The notes under the pieces: generated by a model
Seen by the model: the letters and a program-made list of their open reading frames with translations, nothing else
What the model was told of the DNA's origin: nothing
Database searches by the model: none
Shown: piece after piece, positions 18,276 to 27,179 of the stretch
Position numbering within the stretch: the stretch's first letter is position 1
Layout: each line of letters starts with the position of its first letter
Made by a program: the position numbers and the translations under genes
Source of the DNA: Thermotogota bacterium
GTDB taxonomy: Bacteria; Thermotogota; Thermotogae; Petrotogales; Petrotogaceae
Direction: 5' to 3'
NCBI GenBank assembly: GCA_051748045.1
Contig: JBNJGY010000015.1
Span: 1 to 36,370 of the forward strand
Length of the DNA stretch: 36,370 bases

Positions 18276-19475
18276 ATGAAAAAATTGTTGATTTTATTGA
18301 TTATGATAATTTCCTCAATTGGTCTCACAAATCCATTGAGCCTAATTTTTAAAGATGCAATGGTTAATTTTGTTGAAATGGAACCTGGTATTCATGAACT
18401 AGAAGAAAACCAAAATATTCTTTGGGTAGAAGGAAGCGATAGCTGGAGTATAAAAAAAAATAACTACAATTTCAACTTTCAAATAATATCCTTAGAAGAA
18501 GTAAATTCTGAAATAAAAGAGATAGATGATAACGTTTTTGAGATTGTTGGTAAAAACCAAATTCTATTTTATTATTCAAAGCTTGGAAAATGGGCTTTAA
18601 CCAGTAAAGAAAATCTGAGATATATAAAAGGAGTTAAATCTTTACACATAAATTCAAAAACTAGTGTATATGTAGCTACTTACAAACAAGCTTCTTGGAA
18701 AATGATTTATGAATTAAATCCTGATGGAAAATTTTCAAAAAATATAGAAATTTTAAATACTGTTAATGAAAATAAAAGTAGGACCTATATAATAAATGAT
18801 TATTTACGTGAAAATATTCAAGAATTCAGTATGATGACAAGAAATTTGGCAACTGAATCAAAATCTTTATCTATTGAAGAGAACATAATACAAGATGTAT
18901 ATACTCTTTTTTTAGGAAATTTAAAACTTGAAGCTGAAAAAACAATTATTAATATTGAAAACAAAAAAATAAAGTTATACGAAGATTACTTACAAATTCC
19001 TTTAAATAGCTCTGCCAAGAATGCGAACCCTTATATAATCAGGTATATACTTAATACAAAAGATAATGGAATTGGAATTGAAATACCAGCTGGAGAATTA
19101 TGGATAAATCAAAAATTTGATAACAAAGTAGTTCCTCTCAGTAAGATTAAAATCGATTCTTATTCAATAGGAGAAAAAATCTCACTAAAACTTGATAAAA
19201 GTTGGAACTTTAATTATTCAAACACGTCTATTTCCGATGTAAAAGTAAACGATGATGTTAGAATGATTCAAAGAAATATTAAACTAAACAATAATTCTGA
19301 AGAATTTAAATGGGTAAAGATACAAGAAATTTCTTCAAACTTACAGTTAGAGGATTTTTCTACTAACGATGATTACGACACTTTAATCAACGATTCTAAA
19401 AAAGGTCTTATAGATATAAAAATTAAATTGAAACCAAACAGTTCAATTAATTTAAATATTATATATAAAAAATAG
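18276..19475 (+). CDS. Secreted hypothetical protein, possibly DUF4139-like beta-rich
   Basis: Signal peptide MKKLLILLIMIISSIGLT after an AGGGGG RBS; SWKMIYEL and IPAGEL segments loosely resemble DUF4139. Confidence 0.7.
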   Translation: MKKLLILLIMIISSIGLTNPLSLIFKDAMVNFVEMEPGIHELEENQNILWVEGSDSWSIKKNNYNFNFQIISLEEVNSEIKEIDDNVFEIVGKNQILFYYSKLGKWALTSKENLRYIKGVKSLHINSKTSVYVATYKQASWKMIYELNPDGKFSKNIEILNTVNENKSRTYIINDYLRENIQEFSMMTRNLATESKSLSIEENIIQDVYTLFLGNLKLEAEKTIINIENKKIKLYEDYLQIPLNSSAKNANPYIIRYILNTKDNGIGIEIPAGELWINQKFDNKVVPLSKIKIDSYSIGEKISLKLDKSWNFNYSNTSISDVKVNDDVRMIQRNIKLNNNSEEFKWVKIQEISSNLQLEDFSTNDDYDTLINDSKKGLIDIKIKLKPNSSINLNIIYKK

Positions 19476-19480
19476 TTGAA

Positions 19481-19510
19481 AAATCCCTTGGTTAATAAAC
19501 CAAGGGATTT
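19481..19510. terminator. Bidirectional terminator
   Basis: Perfect 13-bp stem AAATCCCTTGGTT/AACCAAGGGATTT between convergent genes. Confidence 0.85.
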
Positions 19511-19913
19511 ATTTTATTTTTTTTAATAAATCATAAGCTTTGTTAATATTATTGATAAAATACAAATTTGATTCTAATTCTTTAATATCAGAAGCGCCAA
19601 ATCCTTTAATGGCTTCAAAATCTTCATTAAACATTTTTGATAAATTAATCTCTTTATATTTTCCATCTGGTATTAAAAACACTCTTTCAATTATTCCTTG
19701 CTCCAAAAGATTATCTATATGCCAATGTTTTTTATAATTTCCTTCTTTATAGGAAATATGTCTTCCAACACGCTGATAAAGATTTTTCATAGCTGAGCCA
19801 ACATAAACATAATTTCCTGCTTTTAGATTGAAATTCTTATTAGAAGTTTTAAAATTTATTTCATCTCTTAATCTGATAAATAAAATATAAGTACCTTTAT
19901 TCATTTTAATCAC
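19509..19913 (-). CDS. GIY-YIG (Uri/DUF123) family nuclease-like protein
   Basis: KGTYIL, GNYVYVGSA, RVGRH, HWHID.L, GFGASD; GTGA overlap with the upstream gene (ATG at 19904 is an alternative start). Confidence 0.85.
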   Translation of the reverse strand: MIKMNKGTYILFIRLRDEINFKTSNKNFNLKAGNYVYVGSAMKNLYQRVGRHISYKEGNYKKHWHIDNLLEQGIIERVFLIPDGKYKEINLSKMFNEDFEAIKGFGASDIKELESNLYFINNINKAYDLLKKIK

Positions 19914-20854
19914 TCTTTTTCTATAAAATTAATAGCCCATTTTCCTATAATTCTTTTGAATAAAATAGAAGATTTATGCCCTGCGGGAAACATCTTTAAT
20001 TTAGCATTAGGTAAAAGATCAAATAATTCATCTGTTGATTTCTCTGGAATTATTTTATCGTACTTACCTTTTATAAATAAAACTTTGTTATTAACAAAAG
20101 GTGCAAAGGAGATTGGGTCATATTGATAACAGGGAATTTTTGATTTTTCAAAGATATCTTCAATAGAATTAAAATTTTTCGTAATAAATTCTTTAGGATC
20201 TCTTCTGAAATTTTTTACACAAAATTCTTCTCCATTACAGCCATAAGCATTGCCTTTTTCTCTATATTCCTGCCTTACTCTTTCAGTATAGGGAGAATGA
20301 AAATTTATCCATCTCCAGTTTCCACCAGTTATAGTCAGTATCCCCTTATTGATTCTTTTATCTAGTGCCATAAGCATTGTTCCTATAATCCCCCCAAAAG
20401 ATACTCCCATAGCATGAAGTTTGGTGCTACTATAACCTTCAAACCCCGATATATAATCAATCGTTTTTCTAACATCTTTGACTGCATTGTGAAATAATTC
20501 AACACATACATCAGGATCTGCTGAATAAAAAGGGTCTCCATCAATTATATTTTGATCTTTTCTTTTATAATGATAAGGCAGTATAGTCATTGTTGTTCTA
20601 TAACCTTGTTTACTAAAATATTCTGCATACCATTGCAAATATTTTATATTATTAGGACCTATTCCATGAATGAAAATTATATCTCCTTTTAAAGTTTTTT
20701 TATTTTCAAAAACTCTAAAAATTAACCTCTCATTTTCTTTGTAGAATTTTTCATCATATGGTGCATCAAGAGTATATTCAGTATAATTTCCTTTTTTTTC
20801 TTTTCTTACTTTTTTTATAGTTTTGTCATAATCATAAATCATTAATAATTTCAA
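19910..20854 (-). CDS. Alpha/beta hydrolase
   Basis: IFIHG, nucleophile elbow GVSFGG, GKYDKII (Asp), AGH (His). Confidence 0.87.
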   Translation of the reverse strand: MKLLMIYDYDKTIKKVRKEKKGNYTEYTLDAPYDEKFYKENERLIFRVFENKKTLKGDIIFIHGIGPNNIKYLQWYAEYFSKQGYRTTMTILPYHYKRKDQNIIDGDPFYSADPDVCVELFHNAVKDVRKTIDYISGFEGYSSTKLHAMGVSFGGIIGTMLMALDKRINKGILTITGGNWRWINFHSPYTERVRQEYREKGNAYGCNGEEFCVKNFRRDPKEFITKNFNSIEDIFEKSKIPCYQYDPISFAPFVNNKVLFIKGKYDKIIPEKSTDELFDLLPNAKLKMFPAGHKSSILFKRIIGKWAINFIEKE

Positions 20855-20928
20855 CCTCTCATTTTTTATTATCCATATATTCTAACAAATACAATTTACA
20901 TTGTTTTAAAATAAATATTTATTTTATT

Positions 20929-20961
20929 TGTTATAATTTAAGAGATACCCCGTCACGGTAT
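20929..20961 (+). promoter_or_regulatory. Glutaredoxin promoter (extended -10) with CsoR/CstR-type operator
   Basis: TGTTATAAT (20929-20937), then ATACC-CCGTCAC-GGTAT (20945-20961) directly before the AGGAGG RBS. Confidence 0.65.
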
Positions 20962-20974
20962 AGGAGGTTTTAAA

Positions 20975-21214
20975 ATGCAACATACAAAAATTACTGTTTA
21001 TAGTACTCCAAGCTGTCCACACTGTAAAAGAGCAAAAAGATTTTTCAAAGAGGTAGGAATGAAATTTAAAGATTATGATGTATCGAAAGATAAGAAGGCA
21101 GCTGAAAAAATGGTTAAAAAAACTGGTCAAATGGGAGTTCCTGTAATTGAAATAGGAAATAAAGCTATAGTAGGATTTGATCAGAATAAAATCAAAAAAA
21201 TATTGGGTATTTAA
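20975..21214 (+). CDS. Glutaredoxin-like protein (YruB/NrdH type)
   Basis: YSTPSCPHC, GQMGVPVI, VGFD; strong RBS. Confidence 0.93.
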   Translation: MQHTKITVYSTPSCPHCKRAKRFFKEVGMKFKDYDVSKDKKAAEKMVKKTGQMGVPVIEIGNKAIVGFDQNKIKKILGI

Positions 21215-21220
21215 CATTAG

Positions 21221-21250
21221 AAAAGGAGAACTCAAAAGAGTTCTCCTTTT
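21221..21250. terminator. Bidirectional terminator (grx / hpf)
   Basis: AAAAGGAGAACTC-aaaa-GAGTTCTCCTTTT. Confidence 0.88.
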
Positions 21251-21258
21251 TATTTAAT

Positions 21259-21801
21259 TTATCCTACAAATTCAATTAAACCATAAGAGCCGTTATTTCT
21301 TAAATATACAACGTTTACTTCATTAGTATCTGCATTTCTGAAAACAAAAAAATTATGTCCTACCAATTCAGCCTGTAATAAAGCTTCATCAGATGTCATC
21401 ATTGATAAATCGTATCTTTTTGTCCTTTTAATTCTTGTTTGGTCATCATCTTCTTCACCAATATCTTTAACGGCTTCGTTAAATTGTTTTTCTTGATCAT
21501 GATCTTGTATTTTTGACTTTAATTTTCTTATTCTTCTTTCCAATGAGTCTGTTACATCATCTATAGCCTCATATAGATCTCCATCTTTAACTTCAACTTT
21601 TACTATTTTATTGATTTTTTTAAAGTGAGTTGTTATTTCTACTTTATAAATCCCACCTTCTTTTTGTAATCTTACATCTGCAGGAGATACTAAATCTTCG
21701 TGTTTTTTCAACATCTTATCCGGTTTGGCCATTCTTTTTTCGATATAATTATGTATTGCTGGAGTTAACTGAATATCTTTTGCAAATACTTTAAATTCCA
21801 T
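21259..21801 (-). CDS. hpf: Ribosome hibernation promoting factor, long form (HPF/RaiA)
   Basis: LTPAI..YIEKR, DLYEAID, RKLK.K, C-terminal M..DEALLQ...GH.FFVF.N..T..VNVVY.R..G.YGLI. Confidence 0.95.
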   Translation of the reverse strand: MEFKVFAKDIQLTPAIHNYIEKRMAKPDKMLKKHEDLVSPADVRLQKEGGIYKVEITTHFKKINKIVKVEVKDGDLYEAIDDVTDSLERRIRKLKSKIQDHDQEKQFNEAVKDIGEEDDDQTRIKRTKRYDLSMMTSDEALLQAELVGHNFFVFRNADTNEVNVVYLRNNGSYGLIEFVG

Positions 21802-21883
21802 ATAACCACCTCCAGTTTGATTGACAATGACTGCATATTTTTAAAGTTTAAAAATAAATATTGTTTTTTACCCTTGTATTAAC

Positions 21884-21912
21884 ATGTTACCACGAATTAG
21901 TGTTTAAGTCAA
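21884..21912 (-). promoter_or_regulatory. hpf promoter
   Basis: TTGACT, 17 bp ending TGG, TAACAT, immediately after the priA stop. Confidence 0.7.
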
Positions 21913-21913
21913 A

Positions 21914-24202
21914 TTATAGGAATGTAGTTGGAGGATTTAAAAAGAGTTTCATATCGCTATCGTACTTTTTTTGAATACTCATCAAATCTTGTTTTGATAT
22001 GTCTTTTTGTTTTATTATTAATTGTTTTCTAAACTCGCCTTTTATTTTTTTTATTAGTGGATCTATAGGACCATTAATTTTAATATTCATTTTTAAAAAT
22101 TCTTCTTTTATTACTTTTGTTTTTTCATCTAACTTATTTTTATCTTTATCTTTTAGCATTATAAGTATCAAATTAGCAAAAGGCGGATATTTATACTTTT
22201 CTCTTTTTGAAAACTCTTGATCAGCTATCATATTATAATCATGATTTTTTATAGCAGCAAATATTTTTTCTTCAGGATTAAAAGTTTGAATTAAAACCTT
22301 ACCACTACCTTTTCTGCCAGCACGTCCAGCTACTTGCATTATCAATGATGCTGTAGTTTCGTAAGATCTATAATCGGGAAAATAAGAATATCTATCAGAA
22401 TCCATAATAACTACTAGTTTCAAATCACTTATATCAAGACCTTTTGTAATCATTTTAGTACCAACAATAATCTTCGGTCCTTTATCATAAAATCTTTTAA
22501 AAGTTTTTTTCAAATCATCAAATGATTTTATGACAGTCCTATCAACTCTTAGAATCTCTGTAGAGGGAAAATACTTAACCATTTCATTGACTACTCTTTC
22601 GGTTCCATATCCTCTTGTCTGTAAATTATAACCTCCACACTTATTACATTTTTGAGGGATAGGATATTCTTTACCACAATAATGACATTCAAGTTTTTCA
22701 TCGTATTTATGATATGTCAAAGATACATCACAATCTTCACATTTAAAAATATGACCACAGTCTGTACACAAAACGTAATTTGAATGACCTCTGGTTGGTG
22801 TAAAAATAATTACTTTATTTTGATTTTCAAGGGTTTCTTTTATGTTCAACATAGTTTTAGTAGAAAATAACCAGCTAACTTTCTTTTCATTTTTCATATC
22901 TATTATTTCTACATCAGGCATTTTCGTTAAATATCTTTTTTCTATTTTTTCTAAATAATACTCATTATTTTTAGCCAAAATCAACTCATTAAGTCTTGGT
23001 GTCGCAGAAGCTAAAACAAGATTCAAATCTTCTATATCTTTTCTTATTTCTGCAACTCTCATAGTATCATAAACTACCTGTTCGTTCTGATAAAAAGAAT
23101 CGTCATGTTGCTCGTCTATTATAATCATCTCTAAGTTTTTTATTGGAAGCCAAATACTACTTCTCGTACCTATTAATACATCCATATCTCCATTCACAAG
23201 ATCATACCAATTGTTTATCCTCTCTTTGGGTTTTAAATTGGAATGGTAAGTTATTACCTTATAAGATGAAAATCTGTTTTTTATTCTACTAAACATTTGT
23301 GGAGTAAGAGATATTTCTGGAACAAGAATAAGCACCTTTTTCCCTTTTTCTAAAAGCGGTTGAGCTATATCAAAAAAAACTTCTGTTTTACCACTCCCTG
23401 TCACTCCATACAATAGATGTGGCTTGTCTTTATTTCTTATTATCTTTTTTACAGCTTTAATTTGTTCTTCTGTTAATTCTACTTTGTTTTTTTCATTAGG
23501 TTTATTTTTCATTTCTTTTTGTACTATTATTTTATGTTTGAATAATGTCTCTAAAGTAGAAGAACTTTTTTTAAGGATATCTTTTGAATACAATTCATCC
23601 ACTGAAGTTATTCCATTTACCCTTAAATAATTTATGATTTTATCAGCTGTTTTTGATATATTAGGTATTTTTTCTATATCACATAGCTCAATATATATAT
23701 TTTCTTTATCTTCTCTCTGTTTTTTTGTATGAGAATCCAATTTAATTAAATTTGAATCCAAAAGATTTTTCAATTTTTTTCTACCTTCTGATCTGTTTTT
23801 AAAATTTCTAAAAAATTCATTTAAAAAAATTGGTTTTTCAAATCCAACCATTGGATTTAATGGTATTATCTTTATTCTGAAAAGATCATTTGAAGTTGAT
23901 GGAAACATCATTTTAGCAACTTCAGAAATAGGAATTAAAAGCTCTTGAGATATCTTTTCTATGAATTTTATATGTTCTTTTTTTATTAAAGGTTTTTCGT
24001 CTAAAATAAATTCAATTTCTTTTATCTTAACATTTGGAATTATTTTAGTTTCTTGAAAAACAAGAGCTGAAGTGAGTTTATTTCTTAAATTCACAATAAC
24101 CCTTTGACCAATAGCCAAAGGGTTATTTGATTTAAATGTATAGGTATTATATATTCTTCCTCCAAAAGGTATAATTTCATAAAAATTCAATTTTTCCACC
24201 AC
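21914..24202 (-). CDS. priA: Primosomal protein N' (replication restart helicase)
   Basis: GVTGSGKTEV, LVPEISLTPQ, IIDEQH, four CxxC zinc motifs, GTERV, QVAGRAGR. Confidence 0.96.
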   Translation of the reverse strand: MVEKLNFYEIIPFGGRIYNTYTFKSNNPLAIGQRVIVNLRNKLTSALVFQETKIIPNVKIKEIEFILDEKPLIKKEHIKFIEKISQELLIPISEVAKMMFPSTSNDLFRIKIIPLNPMVGFEKPIFLNEFFRNFKNRSEGRKKLKNLLDSNLIKLDSHTKKQREDKENIYIELCDIEKIPNISKTADKIINYLRVNGITSVDELYSKDILKKSSSTLETLFKHKIIVQKEMKNKPNEKNKVELTEEQIKAVKKIIRNKDKPHLLYGVTGSGKTEVFFDIAQPLLEKGKKVLILVPEISLTPQMFSRIKNRFSSYKVITYHSNLKPKERINNWYDLVNGDMDVLIGTRSSIWLPIKNLEMIIIDEQHDDSFYQNEQVVYDTMRVAEIRKDIEDLNLVLASATPRLNELILAKNNEYYLEKIEKRYLTKMPDVEIIDMKNEKKVSWLFSTKTMLNIKETLENQNKVIIFTPTRGHSNYVLCTDCGHIFKCEDCDVSLTYHKYDEKLECHYCGKEYPIPQKCNKCGGYNLQTRGYGTERVVNEMVKYFPSTEILRVDRTVIKSFDDLKKTFKRFYDKGPKIIVGTKMITKGLDISDLKLVVIMDSDRYSYFPDYRSYETTASLIMQVAGRAGRKGSGKVLIQTFNPEEKIFAAIKNHDYNMIADQEFSKREKYKYPPFANLILIMLKDKDKNKLDEKTKVIKEEFLKMNIKINGPIDPLIKKIKGEFRKQLIIKQKDISKQDLMSIQKKYDSDMKLFLNPPTTFL

Positions 24203-24203
24203 T

Positions 24204-26195
24204 TTATTTCTGTTCTAATATTTTGAAACTATTTCCATCAATTTCTTTTATATTTTCAATTATATCATTATTGTATAAATCTAAAAATTTACCTTCTAAT
24301 AAATCAGTTTTTATACTATTCTTATTACTATTTAATACTACAACTGTTTCTTCATCTTCCATAATCCTCTTAAAAATCAGCAATCCTTGTTTAGCTTCAA
24401 AAACCTTATAATCACCTTTTTGTAAAGATTTCCTTTCTTGCCTTAATTCTATTAATTTTTTGTAATGACTTAAAATTTCTTTATTCCATAGATCTTCTTT
24501 CCATGGAAATGGTTTCCTATCAAAAGGATCATTCATCCCTGTCATACCAATTTCATCACCATAATATATAAGGGGTGCTCCTACAAATGTCATTTGTAAT
24601 GCTGAGATCATTTTCATTCTATCAACATTTTCATTTAACATTGTAAAAACTCTTTCGGTATCATGACTTCCTAATAAATTCCATAAAGAATGAAGAACTT
24701 GTGGAGGATATTTATTCAAATAACTATTAGTTGACTCAACAAAATCCTTTGCTTGCCCGTTATTTATATATAAAAGTGCTGCGTCTTTAAATAAATAATT
24801 CATAACTCCATCAAAAGATGGTGCTTGGAAATATTCAGTTGAATCTTTCCAATATTCTCCAACTATAAGAGATTTATCATTTATAGATTTTACATTTGGA
24901 TAAAAATAGTTATTCCAAAAATATTTTGGAATTTGATCAGCAGCATCTAATCTCCAACCATCAATATTTTCCATCATCCAATGTCCTATAACTTTACTGA
25001 AATAAGATTTTACTTCAGGATTATCTATATTTAATTCAGGTAAAGAAGCATAACCTTGCCATGATTCATAAGAAGTAGGACTTTCTTTTATTGGGAAATT
25101 TTTGATATAGTACCAATCGAGATATTCAGAATCTTTTTGTTTTTCAAAATTTTCTTGCATTGCAAAAAATTGTGTTCCAGAATGGTTGAAAACTCCGTCT
25201 AAAATAATTTTTATGTTATTTTCATGTAATGTTCTTACTAAATTTTCAAAAGTTTCATGAGTTCCAAACCTATGATCTATTTTCATGTAATCTGTTGTAT
25301 TATACTTATGAGTAGAGATAGATTCAAAAATAGGGTTGAAGTATATAGCTTGTATCCCAAGATCATTGAAATAGCTCTCTGATTTAATAACTCCATCTAA
25401 ATCCCCACCATAATGATCAAACATCAAATTGTCTTTTGAATGATCCCCATACCAATCTGGTGTGTAAGTTGGATCATTATCTTCATTTCCATTTCTAAAT
25501 CTATCTGGAAATATCTGATAAAATACTCTACCTTTAGCCCAGTCTGGTACATCAAAATAAGGTATTTTTGGATTATCAAAGTCAAATTCAAAAGGTTTAT
25601 TAGAATCTTGAGCTCCAAATATAATTTCCTCTCCATCTGTTATTTTAAATCTATACCTTAATAAAGAAGAATCTGTCTTTACATGAAATCTATACTCAAG
25701 CATATCATCGATTTCTATTATTTTTTTAGAAAATGCTTTAATATTACCCTGAATATCTACATCTTCTACATCATTCTTTCTAACCTTCAAAGAAAGGTAT
25801 ATTTCGCCTGGTTTCACAGGATTTATATATGTTCTAGTTGTCTCATGTTTTGCTTCTTTTATCTTTCCATCTCCAACTGATTCAAAATACATTCCTTCAA
25901 CGATTCTGTAATTATAAACTTCACCATTTTTAAAATCTATTTGAGTGTTTGAAAAATTGATGGTTTTGTCTCCATCAATTTCATATTTATATAAATATTT
26001 CCCTTCATCTAAGTTAACTCTTAGACGCCATAATCCAGTGAATGACTTTTGCATCTCTTGTTTCCCATTTTCCAAAAAATCTCCAATTAAAGAAACTTCT
26101 TCTGCATCTTTAGCATCAAAAATAAAAGTCACATTAGCAGAAAATAAATTCCCAAATAATAAAACAAATAACAAAATAAAAACTATATTTTTCAT
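24204..26195 (-). CDS. Secreted GH13 glycosidase (neopullulanase/cyclomaltodextrinase-like) with N-terminal CBM48-like domain
   Basis: Signal peptide; V.LIGDF...G.Y.YKY.IDG; FYQIFPDRF, GGDLDG, DGVFNH, GWRLDAA, GEYW, LGSHD, IYYGDEIG. Confidence 0.9.
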   Translation of the reverse strand: MKNIVFILLFVLLFGNLFSANVTFIFDAKDAEEVSLIGDFLENGKQEMQKSFTGLWRLRVNLDEGKYLYKYEIDGDKTINFSNTQIDFKNGEVYNYRIVEGMYFESVGDGKIKEAKHETTRTYINPVKPGEIYLSLKVRKNDVEDVDIQGNIKAFSKKIIEIDDMLEYRFHVKTDSSLLRYRFKITDGEEIIFGAQDSNKPFEFDFDNPKIPYFDVPDWAKGRVFYQIFPDRFRNGNEDNDPTYTPDWYGDHSKDNLMFDHYGGDLDGVIKSESYFNDLGIQAIYFNPIFESISTHKYNTTDYMKIDHRFGTHETFENLVRTLHENNIKIILDGVFNHSGTQFFAMQENFEKQKDSEYLDWYYIKNFPIKESPTSYESWQGYASLPELNIDNPEVKSYFSKVIGHWMMENIDGWRLDAADQIPKYFWNNYFYPNVKSINDKSLIVGEYWKDSTEYFQAPSFDGVMNYLFKDAALLYINNGQAKDFVESTNSYLNKYPPQVLHSLWNLLGSHDTERVFTMLNENVDRMKMISALQMTFVGAPLIYYGDEIGMTGMNDPFDRKPFPWKEDLWNKEILSHYKKLIELRQERKSLQKGDYKVFEAKQGLLIFKRIMEDEETVVVLNSNKNSIKTDLLEGKFLDLYNNDIIENIKEIDGNSFKILEQK

Positions 26196-26224
26196 GGCTA
26201 TCCCTCCCTATTGTATTTTATAAA

Positions 26225-26254
26225 TAAAAAAGGGGAAAATTAATTCCCCCTTTA
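26225..26254 (-). terminator. Intrinsic terminator after apbC
   Basis: Minus strand AAAGGGGGAA...TTCCCCTTTTTT. Confidence 0.75.
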
Positions 26255-26261
26255 ATTATTA

Positions 26262-27071
26262 TTAGTCATGTTTTTCTATTATATTTCTTGCTAGATTAGT
26301 ATAAGGTGCGACAATTTCAGGATCTCCAAAATAAGCTGTTGGTTTTCCATCATCCATATTTTCTCTAACTTTTTGATTAATAGGTATTTCTGCTAGTATG
26401 TCTAAATCATATTTTTCTGCTAATTTCTTAGCCCCTCCTTGTCCAAATATAAAGTGTTTTTCATTAGAACCTGGACAAACAAAATATGACATATTTTCTA
26501 CTAAACCTAAAATATTTTGTTTCATCATACCTAAGAAATTAATAGCTTTCTCAACATCATCCTGAGATACAACAGATGGAGTTGTAACAACAATTGAACC
26601 TGTAATTTTTTTCAAGTTTTGGAAAATAGTTAAAGGTTCGTCACCTGTACCTGGAGGAGAATCAATTATTAAATAATCAAGCTCTCCCCAAGCAATATCT
26701 CCAATAAATTGAAGTATAGTACCTGTTTTAAGTGGTCCTCTCCAAACAACTGGAGAAGTCTCTTCTTTTAAAAATTGAGACATGGATATAACTTTTATTC
26801 CACTTACTTCTGGAGGTACAACTTCATCACCAACCTGTGTTGGATATTGTCCTCTTCCGCCAAGCATTCTCGCTACATCTGGACCATGTAAATCAACATC
26901 TAAAATTCCTACTTTTTTACCTTCTAAGGATAGGGCTATAGCTAAATTAACAGCTACTGTTGATTTACCTACTCCACCTTTTCCTGACATAACAACTATC
27001 GTATTCTTTACTTCTTTCATTCTGTCGTTAGCTTTATCTATAACGACATTTATGTTATTAACATTCGCCAT
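26262..27071 (-). CDS. apbC: Mrp/NBP35 (ApbC) Fe-S cluster carrier ATPase
   Basis: SGKGGVGKST, WRGP, DSPPGTGD, ENMSYFVCP; start moved to ATG 27071 behind AGGTGA. Confidence 0.9.
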   Translation of the reverse strand: MANVNNINVVIDKANDRMKEVKNTIVVMSGKGGVGKSTVAVNLAIALSLEGKKVGILDVDLHGPDVARMLGGRGQYPTQVGDEVVPPEVSGIKVISMSQFLKEETSPVVWRGPLKTGTILQFIGDIAWGELDYLIIDSPPGTGDEPLTIFQNLKKITGSIVVTTPSVVSQDDVEKAINFLGMMKQNILGLVENMSYFVCPGSNEKHFIFGQGGAKKLAEKYDLDILAEIPINQKVRENMDDGKPTAYFGDPEIVAPYTNLARNIIEKHD

Positions 27072-27097
27072 AAAAAAATCACCTACTTTCAACTGAT

Positions 27098-27106
27098 ATT
27101 CTACCA
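27098..27106 (-). promoter_or_regulatory. Extended -10 promoter element for apbC
   Basis: Minus strand TGGTAGAAT within ATTATGGTAGAATAT, the same 15-mer as at the pnp promoter. Confidence 0.55.
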
Positions 27107-27147
27107 TAATATCTTTTTATAATGGTAAATTTTTCATTATTTTAATA

Positions 27148-27175
27148 TAAAAATAGGGGGATAATATCCCCCATT
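27148..27175 (-). terminator. Intrinsic terminator after the OsmC-family gene
   Basis: GGGGGAT-ATT-ATCCCCC followed by TATTTTT on the minus strand. Confidence 0.75.
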
Positions 27176-27179
27176 AAAA

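Noticed and set aside
19509-19913. Homing endonuclease or mobile element
   Set aside because: Short stand-alone DUF123-type domain with no intron/intein context, terminal repeats or transposase
21821-21826. Plus-strand TTGACA as an antisense promoter toward priA
   Set aside because: No -10 element at 16-18 bp spacing
26262-27071. 'Mrp' ATPase as part of the Mrp antiporter
   Set aside because: Name coincidence; this is the ApbC/NBP35 Fe-S carrier family, unrelated and 20 kb away
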